Shown: piece after piece, positions 46,241 to 55,861 of the stretch
Layout: every line of letters starts with the position of its first letter
Numbering within the stretch: the first letter of the stretch is position 1
Assembly (NCBI GenBank): GCA_016926555.1
Contig: JAFGOI010000008.1
Coordinates: forward strand, 91,316-155,315
Length of the DNA: 64,000 nucleotides
Reading direction: 5' to 3'
Origin: Patescibacteria group bacterium
Lineage (GTDB): Bacteria > Patescibacteriota > WWE3 > UBA101185 > UBA10185
The notes under the pieces: generated by a model
What the model was told of the DNA's origin: nothing
The model's input: the letters and a program-made list of their open reading frames with translations, nothing else
Database searches by the model: none
Made by a program: the position numbers and the translations under genes

Positions 46241-47371
46241 TTAATATAGCCTTGTTGCAGTGTCAAGACCCAGTATGATGACCAAATCAGCCCGATCTAA
46301 TTCATTATCAGAGAAATCAAAAGCCTCTTCTTTTGACATTATATTAGAAATACCAAAAATGTCCGCCATATATCCTGCTGTATAACAGCTTGGATCTCCA
46401 GAAATAACATAGCTGTTTTCATACAATACATCGGAATTATTTACAGCTACTACCCTACCACCCACATTATCAACTACCCTGGAACCAAACACGGCAAGGC
46501 CTTCGTACTCCGTTCCATTTAAAACCGCAATAGAATACCTCTCCTGGGAAACTATCGACTCAAAACTCGTATCCTTGATCTCATCGTCAATAATACTCAT
46601 ATTATTCAAATACCCCTGAGTAATCTCCCGGCTGAATACCCTATCGGAAGGTATACCTTTTATAAAGTTGCCCAGCTCATAAAATTTCTTAACGGAAATA
46701 TTAGTTTTCATAACTTGCCTCATCTCCAGTATATTGTTCAATGATACAAATTCACCGTATTTTCCCTCGTTTAAGTATTCATCAAATGCTGTGGAAAGAG
46801 TTTCATTAGTCACTATATAGTAATCAACTCCAAATCCAAATGTCCTGAAAAGAACGTTACTCACAATTTGGATACCTGCATCTAAAGGGTTATCGTTATT
46901 TAAAGAGGCGACTAGAAATATCTTTGATAACGTAGCTTCACCAAAATCACCTGGAACATCTACTATTGTCTTTACCGGGAGTACATATTTTAATACCTTC
47001 TTATTGTTTTTATCGTATATAATATACTCCAGCCTGGAAATCTCAGGTGTATCTCCTTCAAAACTATCAACAACTATGTACGCAACCGAAGGAGTCAGCC
47101 TCTCATCAGCATAAAAAGTGTTTCCGGAATAGGCCGCGGCAAAATTCATGTTCAAATACTTATAAACAAGATAGCCGCCTAAAAATATAGTGGAGATTAA
47201 AAAAACTGCTGACAACTGCATTGCATAAGCTATCTTTCTATATCTAGCTTTTAACTTCTTTGTCTTTCTTTTACGATTTTTTGGTGATAATCGGGCAGAT
47301 TTTCTAGGCATTGGACTAAGTGTAACAAAATCACATGCTAAAGTCATCAGGTATTTTTGACTTATACTCAA
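46241..47371 (-). CDS. LytR-CpsA-Psr (LCP) family-like protein, N-terminal TM anchor
   Basis: Basic N-terminus, TM segment LSAVFLISTIFLGGYLV, then YIVVDSFEGDTP...FGFGVDYYIVTN resembling an LCP domain. The true start is probably an internal Met, because the track ORF overlaps rluA. Confidence 0.4.
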   Translation of the reverse strand: MSISQKYLMTLACDFVTLSPMPRKSARLSPKNRKRKTKKLKARYRKIAYAMQLSAVFLISTIFLGGYLVYKYLNMNFAAAYSGNTFYADERLTPSVAYIVVDSFEGDTPEISRLEYIIYDKNNKKVLKYVLPVKTIVDVPGDFGEATLSKIFLVASLNNDNPLDAGIQIVSNVLFRTFGFGVDYYIVTNETLSTAFDEYLNEGKYGEFVSLNNILEMRQVMKTNISVKKFYELGNFIKGIPSDRVFSREITQGYLNNMSIIDDEIKDTSFESIVSQERYSIAVLNGTEYEGLAVFGSRVVDNVGGRVVAVNNSDVLYENSYVISGDPSCYTAGYMADIFGISNIMSKEEAFDFSDNELDRADLVIILGLDTATRLY

Positions 47372-48041
47372 CTCTTGTACCCGTTTTGGGATGTTTGAAT
47401 GTTATTTTACTGGCATGTAACATCATTCTGTCAGACACCTCTGTGCCCTGTTCGAGTAACTTATTTGTACAATACATTTTATCATTAACTATGTAATTTC
47501 CCAACGCTGACAAATGAACTCTAATCTGATGAGTGCGTCCGGTTTTTGGAGAAACTTTTAACATCGTATAAATATGAGAGTTTATAGATACTTCCTTTAT
47601 CTTTTCTATAACTGTAACCGATTCCCTTCCACCCGCCACAACGGCAAACTTTAAAGGACTTTTGGGACTTCTTTTTATAGGCGCATTTATTTCGATCTTA
47701 TCTTCAGAAATGGATCCATGCACTACGGCAATATATTCCTTTTCTACTTCCCGATTCTTAAACTGCTTTAATAAATTATCGAAGGCTTCCCTATTCTTAG
47801 ATATCACAACAATACCGGAAGTGTCCTTGTCAATCCTATGAACTATACCGGACCTGTTAATAAAATCATCACCACCAAAGACGGCTTCACTAAAATCAAA
47901 CTTAGCTTCAACAAAATCCTGCAGTGTATCCCCTTTATATGTGTTTGATCTGTTTATTACTAATCCGGCGGGTTTATCAACTACCAAAATATCATCATCT
48001 TCATATACTATTTTTATTTTCTGAATTAGATTGTCTGACAT
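47331..48041 (-). CDS. RluA-family pseudouridine synthase
   Basis: ILVVDKPAGLV and catalytic GIVHRIDKDTSGIVVISKN. Confidence 0.8.
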   Translation of the reverse strand: MSDNLIQKIKIVYEDDDILVVDKPAGLVINRSNTYKGDTLQDFVEAKFDFSEAVFGGDDFINRSGIVHRIDKDTSGIVVISKNREAFDNLLKQFKNREVEKEYIAVVHGSISEDKIEINAPIKRSPKSPLKFAVVAGGRESVTVIEKIKEVSINSHIYTMLKVSPKTGRTHQIRVHLSALGNYIVNDKMYCTNKLLEQGTEVSDRMMLHASKITFKHPKTGTRVEYKSKIPDDFSM

Positions 48042-48366
48042 AACTTATTATGACTAATATAATACCTAAATCTATCAACAAGTCATAGAAGTTAAACAAA
48101 AACAGCCCAAAAAAATTCAGATAGTCATGTACACAACCTCCGTTACGCATTCGTTCCAAAAGGTTTAAGACACTACCGACAAAAACAAAGAGAATACCTA
48201 ACACTCCAGTTTTACTTTTATGTACTCTAACAAACTTCCAACCAAAAAACAGAAGAAATAAACTCACTAGAAGAACAACTAAACCCAAATAGGATCTATA
48301 TGAAAGGTAATCGGCTAGAAAATAACTGCAGTTATAACTACTCCTGTTCATCAAGCTTTTTTGCAC
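48001..48366 (-). CDS. lspA: Lipoprotein signal peptidase (LspA)-like, apparently N-terminally truncated
   Basis: GSVLNLLERMRNGGCVHDYLNFFGLFLFNFYDLLIDLGIIL matches the C-terminal LspA motifs (NL.DR, VvDf, FN.AD). Confidence 0.5.
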   Translation of the reverse strand: MQKSLMNRSSYNCSYFLADYLSYRSYLGLVVLLVSLFLLFFGWKFVRVHKSKTGVLGILFVFVGSVLNLLERMRNGGCVHDYLNFFGLFLFNFYDLLIDLGIILVIISYVRQSNSENKNSI

Positions 48367-49357
48367 AATCTAAACAATAAGTAGTTTCAGGATACGCTTT
48401 CAACCTGGCACTATCTATGTCACGGCCACATACTTCACATTTACCGTATGTTCCTATCTTTAACGCCCTTAAAGCTTTTCGCACTTGCGTTTTCACCCTT
48501 TTTATAAGATTAATTCTATCATCTAACTGTTCTTTCGCCACATCCTCAAGTATGGCATCATCAAGGGCATCCGAATTATCCGTAGATCTTCCTTCCTGGA
48601 GATATGGATCCTCCGAGTGTAATAAAAGCTCTTCCTGATGCAGTTTTTTCTCTTTTCTATTAAGTAAAGTTTTTATCTTATCTAAAAATTCCTGCGTTAA
48701 TGGTTTTCTGTCCATAATTATCCTCCTTCTCATGAAAAAGTTAACTATTCCAATTGTAAATAATACGCATGAAAAGAGCAAATATCCCGGATTTCTAAAA
48801 AACAACACCATACATATTGCGACAAAAGTGATATAAACCGAAAAAATATAACCTGAGGTAAATTTATACCCTCTAAAACGTAAAATAGCTACATAAATAA
48901 GTATTAACAACAACGAAAAAAACAGATAGTTCTCAGCTTTATAAATAGCATAAACACCAATAGAGATACTAAACAGAAAGAAGTTTAGACCCATCGTTAG
49001 GATATCTAAAACCCTGTACACAGACCATTTGTTTCTAGAACAAAAGATTAGAGCTACTACGACTGGAAGGAAAACAGAAATAAAGACACATAGAAGCTGC
49101 AAATCTATGGACAGAATCCAATTTATGGGATTATATAGTTTATTCCACTCAAAGTACCTCCACAGTGCAAAACACAATAATCCACAAAAAAGAGTTGTTG
49201 ATAAAGTCATATCAAACACTTTATTGGCGTTGAAACCGTCCTTAACACTTTCCCTCCAGACAATAAAGACGTAAGCTATAACCCCAGAAACGATAAACAG
49301 AAAATAAAGAGGAATACTTATTTCAAAGATTTTTACTAACTCCGATATATTAATCAT
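48338..49357 (-). CDS. Fusion protein: polytopic membrane domain plus C-terminal DksA/TraR-type C4 zinc finger
   Basis: ~7 TM segments in aa 1-230, then a charged coiled region and GKCEVCGRDIDSARLKAYPETTYCLDCAKK. Confidence 0.55.
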   Translation of the reverse strand: MINISELVKIFEISIPLYFLFIVSGVIAYVFIVWRESVKDGFNANKVFDMTLSTTLFCGLLCFALWRYFEWNKLYNPINWILSIDLQLLCVFISVFLPVVVALIFCSRNKWSVYRVLDILTMGLNFFLFSISIGVYAIYKAENYLFFSLLLILIYVAILRFRGYKFTSGYIFSVYITFVAICMVLFFRNPGYLLFSCVLFTIGIVNFFMRRRIIMDRKPLTQEFLDKIKTLLNRKEKKLHQEELLLHSEDPYLQEGRSTDNSDALDDAILEDVAKEQLDDRINLIKRVKTQVRKALRALKIGTYGKCEVCGRDIDSARLKAYPETTYCLDCAKKLDEQE

Positions 49358-49905
49358 GCTTTTGAAACATATGTGCCAGTCCTTGTGTCTATTTTTACTT
49401 TGTCGCCTATCTTTATAAACATAGGAACTTTCACATTCGTCCCATTAGATAAAGTAGCATCTTTAAACGTGCTTGTAACGGTATTTCCTTTAAATCCGGG
49501 CTCGGTGTACTTTATTTCAAATACTATCGTGTTTGGAAGTTCTATAGAAACGGGTTTATCTTCAAAATACATAATCATTACATTTTCGCCCTCACTCATA
49601 AATTTCTCTGAATCCCCTATTATATCCAGCGGGATCGATACCTGCGAAAACGAGTTAGGATCCATAAATATAAAATCGTTGTCTTTATATAAATACTGCA
49701 TCTTTTTTCTGGATATATCCGCATCTTCTACTCTTGCTGTATGCGAGTAACCTTTAGTAAGTACCTGGCCCGTAATGAGATTTCTTACTTTAACTTTGAC
49801 TGTCGCGCCCCCGCGAGCCGTTTTTGTGTGTTCATATTTTACTACTACAACTGGGTCATTCCCCTCTTTATATACTGTTCCGGTTTTTAGGTCTGTTACG
49901 TTCAT
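49354..49905 (-). CDS. efp: Elongation factor P (Arg at the modified loop tip)
   Basis: 183 aa. KTARGGATVKVKVRNLITG aligns to the E. coli KPGKGQAFARVKLRRLLTG loop. C-terminal KVPMFIKIGDKVKIDTRTGTYVS. Confidence 0.85.
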   Translation of the reverse strand: MNVTDLKTGTVYKEGNDPVVVVKYEHTKTARGGATVKVKVRNLITGQVLTKGYSHTARVEDADISRKKMQYLYKDNDFIFMDPNSFSQVSIPLDIIGDSEKFMSEGENVMIMYFEDKPVSIELPNTIVFEIKYTEPGFKGNTVTSTFKDATLSNGTNVKVPMFIKIGDKVKIDTRTGTYVSKA

Positions 49906-49943
49906 ATTTGATAATTAATTTTAATAAGGAATTTTACTACATC

Positions 49944-50031
49944 TGGTGCCGTGGGTGAGACTTGAACTCACACGTCCTTATCGGACAAAGGTTTTTGAGA
50001 CCTTCGCGTCTACCAATTCCGCCACCACGGC
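49944..50031 (-). tRNA. tRNA-Leu (anticodon CAA), type II with long variable arm, CCA encoded
   Basis: Minus-strand read GCCGTGGTGGCGGAATTGGTAGACGCGAAGGTCTCAAAAACCTTTGTCCGATAAGGACGTGTGAGTTCAAGTCTCACCCACGGCACCA. Acceptor 7 bp, anticodon stem AAGGT/ACCTT, loop CTCAAAA. Confidence 0.85.
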
Positions 50032-50073
50032 ATATTTATTACATTTACTACTTTGGTATTTTATCATAGGGGC

Positions 50074-51414
50074 TTATACTTCGATATCTTCTCTACTCTC
50101 AACCTCAAAAAATTTGGTTATTTCTGGTTTAAAGAACAAATCTACATCACCTGTTGGTCCATTTCTATGCTTAGACACAAGCAATTTACAGTTGGTTTTA
50201 TCATCGTCTTCAGGGCGCCATAAAAACATCACCACATCCGCATCCTGTTCTATAGACCCCGAGTCTCTTAAATCAGATAATTGAGGTTTTTTATCCCCAC
50301 CGCGCTGTTCTACAGCTCTTGACAACTGCGAACATGCTAAAACGGGTACTCGCAATTCTCGGGCAAGATTTTTTAATCCCTGTGAAATATCTGAAACTTC
50401 CTGTACCCTGCTTTCCTGTCTTCTACCTTTTACTAATTGCAGATAGTCCACTATTATAAGATCAATATCATTTTCAAGCATTAACCTACGCGCTTTTGTT
50501 CTCATCTCAAGTACACTAATTCCCGGAGTATCATCTATGAATATGGGAGCTTCCGCTAACTCCCCCACGGCAACCCCGTATTTTTCAAAATCTTCCTCGT
50601 CCAAATTCCCCGTTGTAATTCTCCAATTATCTATACCTACTTGTGCCGCTATCATCCTGTCAACAATCATCTCCCTACTCATCTCAAGCGAAAACAACGC
50701 CACGGCCCTTTTATGCACAGTACCAACATGCTGGGCTATGTTAAAGGCCAAAGACGACTTCCCTATTGACGGCCTTGCCGCTAAAACGATCAAGTTCCCA
50801 TCCTGCATACCTGACAACATTCTATCTAAAGACTTCAACCCAGTAGGAACTCCTCGTAACTGACCTTTATTCTTGCTTAACTCATCTAATCTCTCAAATG
50901 TAATCTGCAAAGTGTCTTTAATTGGCACAAAATCCTGCTTTAAATGATCTTGAGAGATAGAGTACAATAGTTGTTCCGAACGATCTAACAGGTCCGCCAC
51001 ATCCGGTTCATCAAAGACCATGCTTCCTATCTCACTGGAGGCTGTCAATACAAACCTTTTTGTCGCTTCGTCCTTAATCAAATGAGCATACGCCTCAACA
51101 TTTGTCGCTGTGGGTACCGAATTAACAAGTTCAGTTAAATAAGCTACTCCCCCGCATTTTGTCAAACACCTCATTTTTCTGAGCTCGTTTGGCACAGTAA
51201 CTAAATCTGTCGGTTCTCTCTTTTCGTACAGTCTAAGAACGGCCTCAAATATCTTTTCATGACTTTCAGTATAAAAATGTTTTGGACGTAAAAACTCAAC
51301 AATTTTAACTATCGCATCTTCATCTATTAATAACGCCCCTAAAACAGACTTTTCAGCCTCTAAATCATGGGGAGGAATTCGGATTTTTGATAAATCTCCA
51401 CTTTTTACTGCCAT
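50074..51414 (-). CDS. dnaB: Replicative DNA helicase DnaB
   Basis: N-terminal PHDLEAEKSVLGALL, Walker A LIVLAARPSIGKSSLAFNIA, IIVDYLQLV. Confidence 0.9.
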   Translation of the reverse strand: MAVKSGDLSKIRIPPHDLEAEKSVLGALLIDEDAIVKIVEFLRPKHFYTESHEKIFEAVLRLYEKREPTDLVTVPNELRKMRCLTKCGGVAYLTELVNSVPTATNVEAYAHLIKDEATKRFVLTASSEIGSMVFDEPDVADLLDRSEQLLYSISQDHLKQDFVPIKDTLQITFERLDELSKNKGQLRGVPTGLKSLDRMLSGMQDGNLIVLAARPSIGKSSLAFNIAQHVGTVHKRAVALFSLEMSREMIVDRMIAAQVGIDNWRITTGNLDEEDFEKYGVAVGELAEAPIFIDDTPGISVLEMRTKARRLMLENDIDLIIVDYLQLVKGRRQESRVQEVSDISQGLKNLARELRVPVLACSQLSRAVEQRGGDKKPQLSDLRDSGSIEQDADVVMFLWRPEDDDKTNCKLLVSKHRNGPTGDVDLFFKPEITKFFEVESREDIEV

Positions 51415-51428
51415 TTGTATTATTTATA

Positions 51429-52082
51429 TTAATGCTGGGGCAATAATTCTACAACTTCTGTTTCTTCAGGAATATCGCTTTTACTGCTAAGTTTCAAGCT
51501 AGGTAGTTTCTTTGCTCCTGTTTCAATACCCATTTCATCTAGGAACTTCTCTACTCCGTCTAACCCCTCTACACCGGAAAGATCTTTCGTCGCGTAATGC
51601 ATCGGTACTACAAATCCCGGTTCAACAGATGACACTACTTTAGCAGCTACCTCAGCGTCAATTGTGTATTTACCTCCAACCGGAATGAGTAAAACATCCA
51701 CTAACGGAATCCTGCTCAAGGATTCCTTCGAAAGCTCATGGCCCAAATCTCCCAGATGAAGGATATTAAATCCATCTATTTCAACAAGATAAATCGTATT
51801 TTCACCTCTTTCTGCACCCTCTTCACTATCGTGGTATGTCGGGATCCCATAGACAAAAACACCTTTCATCTCATACTCTCCCGGTCCGTTTATGTGCAAT
51901 TTATAATCGGAAACTCCCTCAATGTAATGATGGTCAAAATGATCATGAGTTGTCAGCAGCAGATCGCATTTCTGTTTGGGGAAATTGTAACCTATTTTGG
52001 GATCGTAAGGATCAATAATAAGTGTCAAATCTTTTCCTCTTATTTTAAAGGACGCATGGCCTATATATACTATCTCAACCAT
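51429..52082 (-). CDS. Metallo-beta-lactamase-fold hydrolase
   Basis: LLTTHDHFDHHY (HxHxDH motif). 217 aa. Confidence 0.7.
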   Translation of the reverse strand: MVEIVYIGHASFKIRGKDLTLIIDPYDPKIGYNFPKQKCDLLLTTHDHFDHHYIEGVSDYKLHINGPGEYEMKGVFVYGIPTYHDSEEGAERGENTIYLVEIDGFNILHLGDLGHELSKESLSRIPLVDVLLIPVGGKYTIDAEVAAKVVSSVEPGFVVPMHYATKDLSGVEGLDGVEKFLDEMGIETGAKKLPSLKLSSKSDIPEETEVVELLPQH

Positions 52083-52160
52083 AGATTTATATTAACAGCT
52101 AGATACCATTTTTAAAAGATGGGAAATACGATAGAATAAAGACAGAGCGGATTTTGACCT

Positions 52161-53468
52161 ATGAACAAAAAAAACTTGTCAACACAACCATATAGAGGAT
52201 CACGTGATTTCTACCCGGAGGATATGCGATACCGAAACTACATGTTTGATATTTGGAGAAAAGTCTGCAAAAGCTACGGTTTTGAAGAATACGACGGACC
52301 CTTCATCGAAAGTTTTGATATCTACGCGGCTAAAAGCGGCGAAGAAATTGTAAACGAGCAATTGTATTCATTCGAAGATAGAGGTGGTAGAAAGGTGGCC
52401 ATAAGACCCGAAATGACTCCAACAGTAGCACGAATGGTAGCTCAAAAACACAAGGAACTTACGTGGCCAGTTAAATGGTTTTCTATTCCAAACTTGTGGA
52501 GATATGAAAAACCCCAGCGCGGGAGGCTTCGGGAACACTTTCAGCTTAACGTGGACATATTTGGGGACGAAAATGTCACTTCTGACTTTGAGGTCATCAA
52601 TATAGCTGTAGATATCATGAAAGCCTTTGGAGCTACCTCTAAAACTTGCGAGATTAGGATTTCAAACCGAAGACTTATTGATGATATCTACGATTTATTT
52701 GAAATCCCTGATAACAAAAAATCCGTAGTCAGTAAATGCATTGATAAAATCAGGAAAGTCACACCTGATGAATTCCAAGACTTACTTTCAAATAGCTCAC
52801 AATTGACTTCGGCTCAAATAGACTATATTACCAAGTTTCTTCAAGATCCGAAACCCTTTATGGACAGATTATCAAAGGATTCCCGTGGTACAAAAGAAAT
52901 CGAACAACTGATAGGTCTTTTTGAAAAATCCGAAAACAGATTATACGTTAAATTTGATCCATCTATAATGAGAGGGTTTGATTACTATACCGGCAGTGTT
53001 TTTGAACAGTTTGACCTAAATCCAAATAACACAAGATCTATGTATGGTGGCGGAAGGTATGACGACCTTGTTGACGAATTTATAGACACCAAAATTCCCG
53101 GAGTTGGCTGGGGTATGGGTGATGTAACTATGAAACTATTCCTGGAAAACTGGAAATTACTACCCGATATAACATCATCAATCGAATATTTTGTTACTCT
53201 ATGGCCAGAAGACAAAGAAAATAAGTTTTTTTCCGCTTCGAATAAGATTTCTAATGAGCTTAGAAAACTCGGCAAATCTGTCGATAGTTATCTAACTCCA
53301 AACACTAAACTGGATAAACAGCTGAAGTATGCTGATAAAAAAGATATCAGAAACGTCATAATTATCGGGGATAAAGAAATAGAAAGCGAAAGTATAACTG
53401 TAAAAGACATGTCTACAGGAAAACAGGAAACAAAACGTTTCGATGATTTCTTAAATGGTTTAAAATAA
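52161..53468 (+). CDS. hisS: Histidyl-tRNA synthetase
   Basis: Motif 2 FQLNVDIFG, motif 3 GGGRYDDLV, and a C-terminal anticodon-binding domain (IIIGDKEIESESITVKDM). Confidence 0.85.
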   Translation: MNKKNLSTQPYRGSRDFYPEDMRYRNYMFDIWRKVCKSYGFEEYDGPFIESFDIYAAKSGEEIVNEQLYSFEDRGGRKVAIRPEMTPTVARMVAQKHKELTWPVKWFSIPNLWRYEKPQRGRLREHFQLNVDIFGDENVTSDFEVINIAVDIMKAFGATSKTCEIRISNRRLIDDIYDLFEIPDNKKSVVSKCIDKIRKVTPDEFQDLLSNSSQLTSAQIDYITKFLQDPKPFMDRLSKDSRGTKEIEQLIGLFEKSENRLYVKFDPSIMRGFDYYTGSVFEQFDLNPNNTRSMYGGGRYDDLVDEFIDTKIPGVGWGMGDVTMKLFLENWKLLPDITSSIEYFVTLWPEDKENKFFSASNKISNELRKLGKSVDSYLTPNTKLDKQLKYADKKDIRNVIIIGDKEIESESITVKDMSTGKQETKRFDDFLNGLK

Positions 53469-53472
53469 ACGG

Positions 53473-54483
53473 ATGCCGTTTTTAAAATCAAATAAAAAAC
53501 ACAAAAAAACACCTGCAATCACTGCCCGAGCACATCGGGCATTCTTGGGAGCTACACTTATATGGGCAGCAGCGGGCCCGGTAATCAAATTAACATTAAC
53601 CCACATTCCCCCCACCTCATTCCTCTTTTACAGGTTTCTAATCGTGTGTATTGTAGTGCTTCCATACGCAATAATTGAACTAAGCAAAACAAAAATACAC
53701 AAAAAAGATCTATTTAACTTATTTATTCTGGGTATCTTTTCTCAAACGGCTATCTGGATAGCATTTTGGGCTCTAAAATACACCTCGGCGCTTGATTATA
53801 CAATAATCAGCTTGTCAGGCGTAATTTTGTCAATCTACGGAGGCCACTACTTTTTCAAAGATAAGCTAAATAATAAGGTCGTAACAGGGTTAATATTAGC
53901 CACTTTAGGTACACTACTTGTAGTCGTAGAGCCAATATTGAATCCCCATGGAGAATCTCTCCCTATAACATATAGATTATTCGGAAATGTAATAGCGGTT
54001 GTATTCAACCTTACTTGGGTCGCCTATATATTAATATCAAAACTAGCTATGGGCGAAGAATCCCGTATTTTAAAAAAGTATCTGCAAAACATCAACTGGA
54101 AACCCATGAGAAGAGAATATTCTCCAACTTTAATCGTTACTTTATCCTTTTACGTAGGGTTAATTACACTTATACCTCTGTTCTTATTAGAACAGTGCGG
54201 TCTTTTTGGAAATGTATCCTTTGATATATTTGCAATAGACACCGTATCTCTATTTGGCCTTTTATACATGGCTCTATTATCGTCTATTGTTGCGTACATG
54301 CTTTACCAATGGGGCTTAGATAACGCACATGTTTCCGAATCGGCAATCTACGGCTATTTAAGCCCTGTTTTTACACTTCCTTTTGCATATATTTTATTGG
54401 GCGAAGTCCCTAATCTTTATATGATAGCCGGTACAATTCTGATAGCTACAGGAGTTGTAATTGCGGAAAAAGAATCCGCTTGA
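53473..54483 (+). CDS. EamA/DMT-family transporter (10 TM)
   Basis: Two-fold repeated 5-TM pattern, 336 aa. Confidence 0.6.
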   Translation: MPFLKSNKKHKKTPAITARAHRAFLGATLIWAAAGPVIKLTLTHIPPTSFLFYRFLIVCIVVLPYAIIELSKTKIHKKDLFNLFILGIFSQTAIWIAFWALKYTSALDYTIISLSGVILSIYGGHYFFKDKLNNKVVTGLILATLGTLLVVVEPILNPHGESLPITYRLFGNVIAVVFNLTWVAYILISKLAMGEESRILKKYLQNINWKPMRREYSPTLIVTLSFYVGLITLIPLFLLEQCGLFGNVSFDIFAIDTVSLFGLLYMALLSSIVAYMLYQWGLDNAHVSESAIYGYLSPVFTLPFAYILLGEVPNLYMIAGTILIATGVVIAEKESA

Positions 54484-54498
54484 TATACTACCCCAGTT

Positions 54499-54840
54499 AT
54501 GAAAAAAGACATTCACCCAAAAGTTAATACACACGCTGTTGTCAAATGTGCCTGCGGGAACACATTTACGACTATTTCAACGCTTGACGAGATCAAAGTC
54601 GAGATATGTAGTTTATGCCATCCATTTTTTACTGGCACTCAAAAATTTGTTGATATAGAAGGAAGAATAGACAAATTCGAGAAAAAAAGGCAAAAAGCTG
54701 AGGCAATAAAAGAAAAGGCTAAATTCGTTAAAGCAGCCAAGAAAAAAAAGAAATCTACATCAGAGACGCCGGCAAAGTCTGTTAAAGACATCCTTAAATC
54801 TTACACAAACGAAAAAGAAGACCCCAAAGAGAACAAATAG
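54499..54840 (+). CDS. rpmE: 50S ribosomal protein L31 (zinc-binding type) with Lys-rich C-terminal extension
   Basis: MKKDIHPKV...CACGN...[10 protein letters not shown]. Confidence 0.85.
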   Translation: MKKDIHPKVNTHAVVKCACGNTFTTISTLDEIKVEICSLCHPFFTGTQKFVDIEGRIDKFEKKRQKAEAIKEKAKFVKAAKKKKKSTSETPAKSVKDILKSYTNEKEDPKENK

Positions 54841-54891
54841 ATCCAGCCATTCTGTATAATCTTCTTAGAATCAAATAGACAAAATAGAAAT

Positions 54892-55848
54892 ATGACTAAT
54901 TTAAACGAAGATATACAAAAAATTAAGGGCCAAATACAGGAAAACAAAAGCCTCTTGGAAACAGATGTATCCACTGATATGAAATCATTAGTTGAAGAGG
55001 AAATCACAAGTCTTGAAAAACAGCTCACAGACCTGGAAAACGCACAAAAAGTTATGGAAGGAAATTATATTATTGATGAAGATAATCCGGACTTTGAAGG
55101 AGATATTAATCCTAATGAAGTAATCCTAGAAATTAGAGCAGGGACCGGTGGAGACGAAGCCGGTCTGTTTGCGGCCGACCTGTATAGAATGTATAAAAGA
55201 TTCGGCGAAATACACAATTGGAAATTTGAAGACATATTCTTGTCAGAAAATACTTCCGGAGGATTTAAAACAGTATCAACCGAAATAAAAGGAAAAAACG
55301 TTTACAATCTCCTTCAGAATGAATCCGGCGTTCACAGAGTGCAAAGAATCCCCGCCACAGAGTCTTCTGGGAGAATACACACCTCTACAGCAACAGTGGC
55401 TGTGTTACCAAGATTAAAAAACCTAAATATCGAAATAAAACCGGAAGACCTAAAATGGGAATTCTTCAGATCCGGGGGCCACGGCGGTCAAAACGTAAAT
55501 AAAGTCTCAACCGCGGTCAGATTAATTCACTTACCTACTCAAACCGTTGTTGAGTGTCAGGAGGAAAGAAAACAGGGACGAAACAGACAAAAAGCGCTAG
55601 AGATACTCAATTCGATTCTGTACAAGCAGATGCAGGAACAAAGAGTAAGCAATATATCGGATTTAAGAGCATCCCAAATTGGAACCGCCGAAAGAAATGA
55701 AAAAATAAGAACTTACAACTATCCGCAAAACAGAGTTACCGACCATCGAATAAAGAAGAGTTGGCATAATTTGTCAGATATTGTGGGGGGTAACTTGGAT
55801 TCTGTTCTTGAAGAATTTAAAGATTTAAACCCGGATAATATTAGCTAA
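54892..55848 (+). CDS. prfA: Peptide chain release factor 1
   Basis: EIRAGTGGDEAGLFAADLYRMY, PAT tripeptide (RIPATES), and GGQ (SGGHGGQNVNK). Confidence 0.85.
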   Translation: MTNLNEDIQKIKGQIQENKSLLETDVSTDMKSLVEEEITSLEKQLTDLENAQKVMEGNYIIDEDNPDFEGDINPNEVILEIRAGTGGDEAGLFAADLYRMYKRFGEIHNWKFEDIFLSENTSGGFKTVSTEIKGKNVYNLLQNESGVHRVQRIPATESSGRIHTSTATVAVLPRLKNLNIEIKPEDLKWEFFRSGGHGGQNVNKVSTAVRLIHLPTQTVVECQEERKQGRNRQKALEILNSILYKQMQEQRVSNISDLRASQIGTAERNEKIRTYNYPQNRVTDHRIKKSWHNLSDIVGGNLDSVLEEFKDLNPDNIS

Positions 55849-55861
55849 ATATCCTAGTCAT

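Noticed and set aside
49946-50284. Plus-strand 112-aa ORF
   Set aside because: It overlaps the minus-strand tRNA-Leu and the dnaB 3' end. It is hydrophobic low-complexity with no start context.
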